Both the position numbers and the translations under genes were made by a program. A DNA stretch of 61,310 bases, the filler included, from Sphacelaria rigidula (taxonomy: Eukaryota): the NCBI GenBank assembly GCA_964200075.2. It is 4 parts of 4 records of this genome, joined end to end, with 100 filler letters (N's around TTAATTAATTAA, not from the genome) between each part and the next. Parts side by side here need not be neighbours in the genome. Positions count along the whole stretch, not along the records: positions 15,355 to 30,607 come from CAXNAA020001837.1; positions 30,708 to 45,959 come from CAXNAA020001838.1; 2 more parts are not named here. One strand, 5' to 3'. Of the stretch, positions 26,207 to 37,529 are shown piece by piece. Under the pieces are notes generated by a model that was not told the origin of the DNA, ran no database searches, and saw only the letters and a list, made by a program, of their open reading frames with translations. How positions within the stretch are numbered: position 1 is the stretch's first letter; each line of letters begins with the position of its first letter.

Positions 26207-26515
26207 AGTAGACCTAGAGCTTTGGGCGTATATCCATGATTGACAACATGACTACTGGATTTTAGACTTGAGAAAGTTCTGAGAACAATTATAGGGTGGG
26301 CCCAGCTCGTCCAAAACGTGTTTTTATCGAAATCGGCGCCTGCTGCGTCGATTTGAGGTCTGCCGACGCACAATTTGCCTAGAGGAACCTATGCACCCCC
26401 TTGCCCGAGGGCCTCGTACGCCTTGGGTCGGGGTTAGGGTTAGGGTTAGGGTTAGGGTTAGTTTGTTCAAAAACTCAACCATAAGTATACGACCAAAACC
26501 TTAGCTCGTTTCCAT
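26207..26515. mobile_element. MITE-like repeat containing a (TTAGGG)~5 telomere-type tract
   Basis: Starts cagtagac; internal atcggcgcctg...gatttgaggtctg...ttgcccgaggg...gggttagggttagggttag is the reverse-complement homologue of 50250-50410. Confidence 0.65.
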
Positions 26516-27099
26516 GGAAATCCGTCGAGAATGGGGGAACAGGCGGCCGCGTGCGTGCACTCGTACAACCGTGAAACTGCCCCTTGTGCGGATATTTTGC
26601 TCCGCATTTGACACTATGTTTTGCTTTTTCTTTATCTCTGAGAGCAATAACCGAAGCCACGCACGACGTACTCAGCTGAGCGATAAAAACGGGTTGAGCT
26701 ACATGCTTTAGGTTCGCGTGGGCCATGGGGTTCTCGGGCTCACGAATATTTGTGTTGGTTTGTGTGTTCCCATCGTGCCCATGCTGTTGCTACGCGTTCC
26801 CCTTCGCGCAAGCTGATTGCTGGTTCGAGCAAATTGTTACCGACAACTCCAACACGAGTTTCTAATATAACTTCCCGCAAACAGTTCATTCATCGATCTT
26901 CATGAGAGTGGTATTGCATCGACCAGTCTCGCGGCAGAAATAGCAACGGTGTGGAGAAGAGCGATTTTTTCGTGCTCGATCATGCGGGCACATGTCTTTT
27001 CCATACAACTGTACGCTTTCGATCCCTTACACACGGTATATCATCCCGCTTCAACAGGGAACAAAAAACATGTGTCAAGTGCGTTGGTAGGGTGAACAC

Positions 27100-27500
27100 C
27101 CGCGCTGTGTGCGTGGGTAGGGCATTCATGTGAGCTGGACAAAATAGGACGTGATTCGTGATAAGAGGGAAGGTGCCCCGAAAACCTGAACATCGATGTA
27201 CATCTGTCATGCTCCAACGGTGTCGATGGTCTTGGATCGACACCTGCGTGAGGATATTGTTTTTCCGGCAAAGCTTTTTTGCTGTAATGTCTTCGTTTTG
27301 ATTTGCTTGTTTGTTTGCTTGGTTCTTCAGTCTACTCTGATTATCTGTTGTACCTTTGTGTCTTCTCACACTTGTTTGGCGAGTGTTCCTGTTTCCTTTT
27401 TGTTTACTCGTACTCGTATCTCGGGTACGTCTATCGTGTGACTACCGCTGGATCCCTGGGGTATGGATTACTCGATATGCGACAACCGATCAACCAAAGG
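27100..27500 (+). mobile_element. LINE 3'-end fragment
   Basis: Pyrimidine-rich tract ending gtgactaccgctggatccctgggg...atgcgacaaccgatcaacc, similar to the other LINE tails in the window. Confidence 0.45.
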
Positions 27501-28259
27501 AGCCATAGGTGGGACATCTGAAACTTGGCAGCTCCGCTCACACTGAAAACATCATATTACGCGAGTTGAAAGGGTGTTATTGGGGGTGAAAGCGTGATGC
27601 GGACGTTTTTTGAAACCAGAATAATCACATACGGACATTTCACTCGTTATTTGAATGGGCTAGATGGACAACCCGGCGGCGAAGCCTATATATCGAGCAA
27701 AAGGTGAAAAAAATCATCATGTACGTCAGACATTACATTTGCCCAGCACGAGCTTGCGTGAGTGCTGGATGACAGCGCTATGCAGCTTAGACGAAAGGTG
27801 AGCAGTGGCGGACCACTGCATTGTACTTCCTGTACTGTATATGCAGTCATCTGACGGGTGTGCGCTTCTTCCGCGGGACTGACGCCGAAGCTCGTGAGAG
27901 TAGGGCGGCGCGTGCACAGCGCCAAGTTGACAGGGGCTTATAGCGGGTTCAACTTCCCCACTCTCTCGAGCAAAGCTTTCCGAACGCTCGAGGAGCCTAC
28001 CCTATATGACTGCAGCGAGACGATCTAGCCGAGCCTTCGCGTGATCGGCACATGAAACTGTTCGCGAGGAAAGTGCTTGAGTGAGGTTTCCTCCTTCCTG
28101 GAAGAAAAATTTAGAAAAAAAACTTCCGCGGGACTGTCGGTGAAAAATATTTTACTAAAACGAGGCCCGTCGTTCAAAGGGTTGAAGAATTTCTGTAGTA
28201 CGCGTATTTGATGGTGTACAAGGCTCGCTACCCGAAATACAGCAGTTCTGCGCAATACA

Positions 28260-28470
28260 GGCTAGGCCGCCGAAGAAACAGACTTTCCTGCAGCCCGTTC
28301 TAACTGACGATGTATCGTGATTTATGCGTACTATGACACTGATGGTGATCTGCGAATCAGCGCCCGTCCTTCAATCCACGTAGCACTGCGATCCGACACG
28401 CTCCCATCAAAAGAAATACCAAACTGTAGTCAGCTGCGAAGTGTGGAGAGTTGAGGGTGATATGTGCGGT
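28260..28470 (+). repeat. Dispersed repeat family B, copy 1
   Basis: ttctaactga...tactatgacac...cacgtagcactgcgatc...aaataccaaactg.agtca.ctgcgaagtgt.gagagttgagggtg is repeated at 30330-30540. Confidence 0.8.
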
Positions 28471-30329
28471 GGAATTAGGGCAAAAAAACGGGGTCCTACC
28501 GTCGACGCCAATAGGGCTTCTACCCGTGGGTGTGGGAGAAGTAGTCTCGAGAGCCACGGACTTGGCCGTGGGTCGTGCCTAGACAGTTCGTTCTTGTGTG
28601 GAGAGAGACTCCAGGGTCGAGAGGAGCAGTGATCGAGAGGGGTGCAGGAAGGGGTACCACCTCGAGTTGGAGTATGACTATTACTCCGGGAACATGATAG
28701 ATATTGACCCTAGAGGACAGACTAGTGTTCCTGAGGGACGGCCCCCGGAACTATGCCGGAGACATGAACAATCCTGGAACGGAGTGGAGGGATCTATAGA
28801 TATTGTCGGAATCATGCCAAGGGAGATATGGTCCCGTCACGGTTGTGGACACGTGTAGACTTGTGGACTACCCTGGTGCTAACGCACGAAGGGGAAAAAA
28901 TATTTGAGGGAGGAAAAATGGGGTCTTCGCACATACGTCCTGTACATCGTGTCAAAATTTCATCGTGGACGACCCAAATTTGAGCAGTATAATCGCGTTT
29001 TGTTTCTCTTGTGAATCTGGAATAATCTTATTAAGTTTTCCTCAGTAGGCATATGCAAGGAAACAATGCGAAATGCTACAAGCCCGAACTAAATATACAG
29101 ACGGTATACCGTCTCCATCTCGAGTAGCATATCTGCATTCCGGTGTCCCTTGTGAACCCCACGCTAATGACTACGTGCCATATCGCGCGCACAAAGAGAA
29201 AAAGGCAATCTACTATTCTAGGTCTACATTATCATCACAATTATATTTTCCCTCGCTAGATGGGAGGTGTGGGAAAACGAAAACGCTGCCTGCGCTGCTT
29301 GACCATATTGCTGAATGAACATTGTACTGAGACCGCTTCTTATATACTGAAAAAAGTCACTGAAAAAAGTTCGGGCGGACGACTATTCTTCGTTACTTTT
29401 TTTCAGAGAAGTCAGTTTTCAAAACCCCACCGCATAGTCTATGAAAAAAAACTGGGGATTTGTACACCCGAGGCCATCATCTAGGCTGCGTGCAGACAGT
29501 GGTGGAAGTCATCATTTGCATTTTGTGCTTGAGTCACCCGCGGGGAACGAACACGTAAATAATCCCGTCCAGGTACAGGATACATGGGATGGCAACACAC
29601 ACACGCACACAAACACACACGCAGTAGGTACTGGTATAATAGGGAAGTGACAGGCTTGTCAACCCTTACTTCAGCCGACCGCCGCTTGGTACAGTAGTGT
29701 CGCAAGCGGTGCAACGTGCAGCAGACGGTTTGTGCCATACCGCACACAACAAACTCACGTCACAGTCACTAGTGCGTTAGCAACCATCTCAGTACACAGA
29801 ATACTACAGAGTTTACAATCGGTGGCGGGCACGACGAGCATGAAACGATACGGTCAATACAACCAACAGGGGCGACATCGTGCTATTTTATACTTCGTAT
29901 TAGTTACCGCTGCCGGCGAAAACACTGTACTGTCTGTACTGTCTGTCCTTGGTCCTACTGTCATGAAGAGGATGCACGGAGTGCTGCAGCAGCTATGCTG
30001 TTGCCACGGTAATGTACATACAACATGCACCGCTACTTTTGCACTGACTGCACTACACTTGTATACGAGGAGTATGTGATGGAGCACTGACTGTACCATT
30101 GCGGGTGCGGTGTGAGAGGAGTGTGTGATGAAACGTCAATTCTAAGACAGTGAAAGGTCTCTGGGAACTGGATGCTTTTCCCAAAGAGATTGGGAAAAAT
30201 CGCGCTGTTCAGAAACGGCTGTCAGTTTCCAGAGAATTTAATGAAAAATGGCCCTATAATGAGGTCGCGTTCTGAAAAAGGTCTCGGGAAATTGAACAAA
30301 ACCACTTGTCTCCGTGACCTTTTCCAGTC

Positions 30330-30540
30330 TACAGGCTGGGCCGCCTAAGTAGCGGACTTTCCTTCGGCCGGTTCTAACTGATGATCTATCGCGAGTTGCG
30401 CCTACTATGACACATCGTGGTAATCTGCAAATCAACGCGCGTCTTTCACTTCACGTAGCACTGCGATCTGACGAGTTCCCATCTGAGGAAATACCAAACT
30501 GCAGTCAACTGCGAAGTGTAGAGAGTTGAGGGTGGCATGT
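30330..30540 (+). repeat. Dispersed repeat family B, copy 2, followed by a SINE tail (30539-30607, -)
   Basis: Direct similarity to 28260-28470; tgttgttgtgctgtcgtcccatttattctggg..cctttcggtgtatgtgggtgca is the reverse complement of the SINE 3' end. Confidence 0.8.
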
Positions 30541-30607
30541 GTTGTTGTGCTGTCGTCCCATTTATTCTGGGCACCAGTCTGCGCCTTTCGGTGTATGTGG
30601 GTGCATC

Positions 30608-30707
30608 NNNNNNNNNNNNNNNNNNNNNNNNNNNNNNNNNNNNNNNNNNNNTTAATTAATTAANNNNNNNNNNNNNNNNNNNNNNNNNNNNNNNNNNNNN
30701 NNNNNNN
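30608..30707. other. Artificial contig linker (N44-TTAATTAATTAA-N44)
   Basis: Same 100-nt structure as 15255-15354. Confidence 0.97.
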
Positions 30708-30780
30708 GGTTCCCCCCCCCAAAAAAAAAAACACCCCCCCCCCCCCCAGAAAAAAAAATTGCGAAAACCGGTGCCCCTTG

Positions 30781-30812
<32 letters not shown>

Positions 30813-33040
30813 GAGCTCATTTGTTGCTTGCCCTAGTCGTTCGTGGGGTGGAGATATCACCCTACTGTTCACACTGTCGTACACAGGTGCTCACACCACG
30901 CCGACTTCAGTGGTGCAACCTGCCTGTCCACTGAGCCCACTTTCTCATGGCCGCATGAATAGACTTGACAACGAAGTGCAGGCAACGACACAAACTCCAT
31001 CCGAACGGAAAAACGATCAAGCATTCACGATACGATCTGTTCTTGGTTACTGTTTTCTTCTTCCACTTCCTTCCCCCACACTTCGCAAACCGTAAGCACA
31101 CAATGTACGCTCACACTGTACACCCCCCCCCGAATACCCTTTTATGTCATACCTTTCCCATATCGCTCATGATCAACGAACTCGCTCGATCGTGGGTCCC
31201 CGACGAACACCTTTCGACGACCGCCGCCGAAACGATTAAAAAAGCACCGCACGAAGCCAACAAAACAGGGGTATTTAGGTCAAGATGCGCATAGCGTTCA
31301 CGAGTAGTGCACACACCAGCCACGGTTGTGTATGTACAACAACTTGAGCGCACGATTGCCAGAAGATCTTGCTTTTGAATGAACTTTGCAAAAGAGAGAC
31401 ATTATGGCGGGGGAGGCGAGCGCGGGGCGGAGAGTGAAGGAAAAGAAGGGGGCCCTTGACGCAATGCGTATGAACTGACTGAACTCTCGCTGCTGTGGGT
31501 TGCTAGAAATACGTCACTTGACGAGAAAAAAAACCCGACTGGCATGTCAACAAAGAAAAACACACCCATTGTACTGCCTGTACGTGTTGTAAAAAGCGAC
31601 TTCCTGCTGTGCATTGTACACAACATATGGGATTTTTGGGGCCTCTTCGCTTGATACTACTGAGGCAGGGGCATGTCTTTGCTGATTGGTTTGCAGAGGG
31701 AGACGAAGAAGCATGTGCAAAGCGTGCGGCCGTCGGATTCTGTCTGTCTGTCTATCTGTGAGTCCGTCGCGCGATCTCTTGCACTTTGCTGTGCATGATC
31801 ATACGAAAGAAAGAGCACCGGTGGTGGCGCTATCAAATAGCGTCAAAAGTTTGGTATGCGACGCAACTGCAGCTCCAGTTGTTCGATCGTTCAAGGGCGC
31901 ATTTCGAACGGCGTGGGGTGCGGTGAGTACAACATTCAAACAGTCACACACGACACCGACAGGTCACACAAGCCGGATTCGACGCCAGCTTCCGGGTGAA
32001 GGTGGCTTCAAACCTGCAGTCCACACCTCAGAGGATCCGTAGGAACAGCGACACAAGCCGACGGTGCTATAGCGCGTCTACAGGAAAGTTTCTCGGGCAA
32101 AAAAAGCCCGAGACAACAGGAACAGCCGACGACGGTACTACCTGTACTGCATCGTAAGTGTGGCAAGGCTGAAGACTATTCAGTACTCTCCCCGACGTGG
32201 ATGTCACTCGAGACGGAGAGATGGTCAGAGTAAGGAACAACATGTCTAGTTGAGCACGAAATATTGCGCACATAATGGGACATGAACATGAAACACACCA
32301 GCTCTGCGCTGGTCGAGGACACGCGAAGCACCACGAGCACACAGACATGACAACTTCGACCATCGCGAAGTCCTCATCAAGGCTGCCCGTCTCTAATCAA
32401 CCAGAGAGAGCATTTTCGAAGATCAAATGTACGGGACGCTTGTTGCAGTGCGGTGAATCTAGAAAAGCAGCGATCAGCAAAGCTACAACACACGGTGAGC
32501 GGTAACAGTAATGGAAAGAAATACACACCTGCATAACGGTGTCTCCAAGAGCTGCCGCCATAGCTAGGCCTTCACTTCAATACCACGCAGCAAAGCTCTA
32601 GCTGCAGCTTCCTCCCCTCCCCCCCGGCCCAGCCAAAACCCGGGGCGTCTGATGCAAGTTGCCTTCGAAAGGGCGCGAGAGCTGGCACACGTCCCTCAGC
32701 GCTATGCTTACAGCAGTTGCCGACAGCAAGCGAGCGAATTCTGCTTTCTAATCACGATACTAATCTTTTCACAAAGGTTGCAAGCAGCCGTCCTGGCCCC
32801 CAGAAGCCGTGGCAAAAGCCTTTCTCACAGGCAGCAAGCCACTGACAGCTACGGGGTCTGTTCGTTCTGTGTGATATCGGCAACACGTAACTATTTCATA
32901 TATAGTCATGTACAGCTATGGAACATGACGAAACGTCAATCCTGTAAGTCGGCAGAATCCGAGGGACTGTCAGAGCTGAGGCAGCCGAGCAAAGTAGCGA
33001 GAGGTAGATTGTACCGTGGTACCCAAAGTAAGCAGTAAAC

Positions 33041-35750
33041 ATGGCGGATCCGGTAAACGGGGGCGGAGACGAAATGGACACGGAGCATGATAATCCTACG
33101 GGTGGTGTGACGTACATGTGCGGGGGTAAGTACAACGGACCGTCCGATCTTAATTTTGCTGCCCCTATAATGTGTTGTTTCGATTTGACCGCAAAATCGT
33201 GCTGTCTACGATGGGAACACGGAAAACGGTCGTAGACGGCCTGGTCTGTTCTCGCAAGGTGAGGCCGGACCATATCTCGATGATATATCTATGTTATTGT
33301 TGTTGTTGTTGCATATAGTACAGTCAAGTACAGAAGACGTTCCGATTAACAGTGACTGCTCGTTTCAGGGGCCCGGAACTTTGTTTTTTGCAGTACGCAA
33401 ACCGCCTGGATGCGAAAATAACGGCGCGCGCGAGTGATCACAGCCATTACAAAACTTGGGGAAGAGTTGAAGAGTTATAATAAGGTCGGCTCACTGATCG
33501 ATTGTCGTTGATTGGGATCGATTGGAAATGATGTATTGTATCAAGTGTCGAACCACCTGACCACCTTCTCCCTCTTGGTGCTCGTAGTAGCCGAGGTTGT
33601 CACTGCACCGAACGAACACGGCGCAACAGTCCACGGTTGTACCCCACCCGATCGCGATCGTGTTGCAAAGGGTTCAACAGTGGGTAACAGAGCGGGACTG
33701 TCAGAGAAAGGGCCATTCCAAGACGAGACCTTTCAGCGCAAGGGTTCGCTCAATTTTGGATAGATTCAACTCAAACCGAGCTTATTTCACCTCTACAGAT
33801 AATCAATAGCTACGACTTAAGCTGTGCCTTTTTTAGCCTGAGCAGTAGGCTTCAAAAGCTCATTTGATTTATTGGTTGACTGTCACACATTAACCCTTTA
33901 ACAACGAGAGTCGCCTCGGAACAATTTCACAGGCTGACCTCGTGAGACATTCGGGGGTTTTCATCGGCCGCGGGTTGTACTCATGATCATGCATGCCACA
34001 GTCATGAGACCACTTGCATCGCTATAAAGCCGGGACGGGGGGGATAGTTTTTGACGGAGGAGGGGGGTTGTCTGTCCGCAGAACAGTCAAAGAGCTCACC
34101 AAGTCAACCATGTGTGTCTGGAAGTTTCCCGCGGAAGACTCTAAACCAGGAACGAGGCCCGAGAGGCGCGGCGTAACCATTCTGATCAATCACGGTCGTC
34201 AAAATGAAGACGTAGTTCCCCTACAGGTCGACTATAGGTGGACTACTTCGCTGTCTACTGGCACATTTCATTTTGGTCGTGGCAATTCAACCATATAATA
34301 CATGGGTACAAAAAAATGTTTTGTACTCGGCTCGAGGTCTGTGCCGTCTGTCTGACGTCTAATGTGTTGCCAACATAGCTTGATTTTGTTTGTAGTGCTG
34401 AACACTAAGCAGAGGCATCAGCAGCATGCAGTAAATTGTGTCCAGTCGAGAGCGATGGCGCACTTTTACTGACTCTGCACGCAATTGACTGCCGGGTCAA
34501 CAGTGGTTGAGGGTTCTCCGGGACTATTTTCTATACAGATCCGGTGCCGGTCGCCCCGGTGGCTCAGTTGGTAAGCTCGAAACCTTCTGACGGTTGGGTC
34601 GTGGGGTCAAATCTCGGAGTGATCTGGAATTTCTTCCCACCATGCCCAACACTGGAGAGCGACTGTGTCGTGGGTACACAACATTCAACTTGAAAAAATT
34701 CGACTTAACGGCCGACGAGGGAAATGGACTGCTGAACCCCTCGTGATAAAAAATAAGGGCAAGCACCGCAGAAGGAACGCGGAGGACGAAAAACAAATAA
34801 AAAAGAAAAAGCTCCTGTGTTGACCTTCCTCCTGTGTGACCCCGGCTGGTGCACCCACATAAACCGAAAGGTGCGTACCGGCGTCCAGAATAGATGGGAC
34901 GACAACACACACAACACACATCCCAAATGTCCACTTCTTTATGAAAAATAGAAAAAGGCGTCGTGTAGAGAAAAAAGAGCCGTTCCGAACCCCAAATGTG
35001 GCAGAGTCCAAGTCAGTCCACCTGCGGGGGGGTCGCACACGGCCGCTACGTTGTTGATACTCACTCATGGGCAAGTTGTTTTTTCGAACGACTCAAATTG
35101 CTTCGTTTGACCAAGCTTTGCTGTCTTGACGCCTGCCAACAATTTCGATCACCACATTTGTGTATTTCTCGTGCCTCCACGCATTCCGTAATGAACGTCG
35201 GCCCTGCTCATGAAACTCCGCTTTTGCTTGCAATCTTGCCCCCTCCCTGACTGCTCCCCCCTTTCGTGGTAATACTTCGTCCAAACCAACAATCGTGCGT
35301 GTACAGACTGCGGATCGGACAACCTAATTAAGGCGAAGGACCCCATTCAATGTCGCCAGTGTGGTTACCGCATTATGTACAAGAAGCGGACGAAGCGATG
35401 TGAGCGACAATGAGCTGATTTGTTGTCTTTTTGCGTTCCGGCCTCGATTGAATGGTTCTGACACGCTACCATAAAATCAACGGACGCCCCCCGTGCCCCC
35501 ATAGATTCTCGGCTGCTGTCAACCTCTTTTTCAGGGGCACCTGCGGGCTTCCCCTGCCCATTTGTCTGCATATTTCGTCGCTCAAAGTATCATTCCCATC
35601 GATTCTCGCGGTGCCTGTTACGCTCCGCACGTTGCTGTGATGTAAGGTAGCAGTATATATCTCACCGCCATTGAGTTCGAAACTGACGCCCCATCAACAC
35701 CGTTACCCCTCCTGCCCGTACCATCAGTAATCCAGTTTGAGGCGCGATAA
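33041..35750 (+). CDS. RPB12: DNA-directed RNA polymerases I, II and III subunit RPABC4 (RPB12/POLR2K), complete; exons 33041-33125, 35307-35399, 35728-35750; 66 aa
   Basis: Spliced product [66 protein letters not shown]: CxxC...CxxCGYRIxYKKRT zinc ribbon and QFEAR C-terminus; canonical GT-AG introns; 201 nt in total. Confidence 0.97.
34546..34920 (+). mobile_element. tRNA-derived SINE, full length (~375 bp), in RPB12 intron 1
   Basis: Head gccggtcgccccggtggctcagttggta (A box) ...ggtcaaatctc (B box); CA-rich tail; homologues at 49523-49883, 54668-55024 and 55025-55262. Confidence 0.88.
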
Positions 35751-37529
35751 GTGAAATGGGGAGAATTATCTTTGGTGTGTGAAAGACGATGTCAGGCAAA
35801 GTCTACGAGAGAGAAAAAACTCGCCAGTCTCTGGACCGCGCGTACGGCGAGGCTGGACACAGAAGCTATGGAGGGGTACGTGCGCGCGCCAAGTGAAGAC
35901 CACATATATTTCCGAGGAGATTGGCAGCGGCAGTGAGGGGAGCGCTGGCGAGATGCACTGCCCTCGCCGGCAGTACCGCAGCTGGGAGCTGACTTGCTTG
36001 ATCTGCACATGGTATAACTTTGCAGGTTATAGTGTGGGGTGTTAGCTAGAGGAGGCGGAGGCGTACATCGCAGACAGCGCGACGGTCAACGTCGGGGTTC
36101 ATCGTAAATCCTCAGTGCCCGACGCAGTTTCTCGACGACGGGATGGAGCGAATGTGTGTAGTCTTGGTCTTGCCGTCTGTGCGTCAGCTGCCAAACACGT
36201 GAAAAAGTGCCTGACGTACGTGACTTGGACGTTTGCGTGTAGGCGGTCATTTGTACTTATTTGTTCCTATTATACGAACGGGGCGGTTGGTCGGTGTAGA
36301 AGACAACGTTGATTGCCACCAATATTCTCGTGAAATTAAAAATCTAGGATACGTTTGAGAGTGGGAAGCGATCAATTAATTGATTACTTGGTTTCAGTTT
36401 CGAAATGCCCCTCCGGGTCTCACATAGCTTTCTGTAGTAGCTTGCCACTGAAGCCCTTGATACCTTGGGTAGGATATCGACGTGTACTTGTAAGCACACG
36501 ACAGTGCTCGAGGCGAAGAAAAGGACCCACCAATTGAAGAAGTGGTAAAGTTAAAGTCAATGACTAAAAATCACCGATCAAGGCAAGACTCTCGATCCCA
36601 CGAAAACACTGTCACGACCACCTCATGATGGCACGCACGTCCATTTCAGCGCCGATCTGTATGGAATAACGTGAGCGATGGTGTGGCGACACCTTGTGGT
36701 GGTGGTTCGGCCTGGACATTTTGCTGCGTATGGCAGTCGGCGAAAGTTCCAGCGGCGTTCGTCATCCTCATAAAAAAAACACACACACACCGTGGACACG
36801 GGGCACACAAGCACCCGGAGGGGAGATAGGCAAGGGTCGGGATGAAATTGGTATCGGCGCGCAGGCCAGGCATCGCCCGAGTGCCGGTTTACTTCACGGC
36901 ATCACGCCCGTGTCAATTGTCGGTCTGTAATTATCCAGCATGATTTCGTTGGTGACTCCGTCTCGATCAACACAAATTCATCAATATTTCAACTATCGGA
37001 CTGCTTTTTGGCTCTCACACCACCAAAACAAATCTGATCATATCTGCGAAAATATCAGTGTCGCGAAAATTTTGACCACTACGGTCACGGCCACGTGTTA
37101 CGAAAGAACTGCAAGTTATTACCGCTGGTTTGGTATAGAGAGGAGCACCACACTACCGCCCGCGCATGATGACGCTGATTAATGTAGAGGACGGTAGGTG
37201 CGCAATGGCAGCTGAATACACCGTGTTTCTGAGTCGAGCACTGAATAAATTATGCTCTTCCTCCTATCCGGGCATCATCGATCAGAATATCATACCCTCA
37301 ACACAGAACGTGCACCGAACGAAACCACAAGGAATTACAGCCGCAAACGCTGCTCGAAAAACAACACATGACGGTAGAGGAAGCCCGGACGGGACAAATG
37401 TAACACAAGGGGCCCCCCTCAGCACAATCCCCTCCACGAGTGGTCTACCGGCCCTACACAAGGAGGAGTGGCGTGGAAGCTCCGGACACAAGGAATAACG
37501 GATTAAACAATGGAGGGAGATGCGTGCTC

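Noticed and set aside
32141-32561. Possible minus-strand gene divergent from RPB12 (MAAALGDTVMQ|gtgtgt and nearby exon-like pieces)
   Set aside because: Could not join the pieces in a consistent frame or recognise a product
34546-34625. Functional tRNA genes at SINE heads (also 2064, 14812, 46091, 49800, 54668)
   Set aside because: A/B boxes are present but there is no complete cloverleaf; most continue into a repeated SINE body
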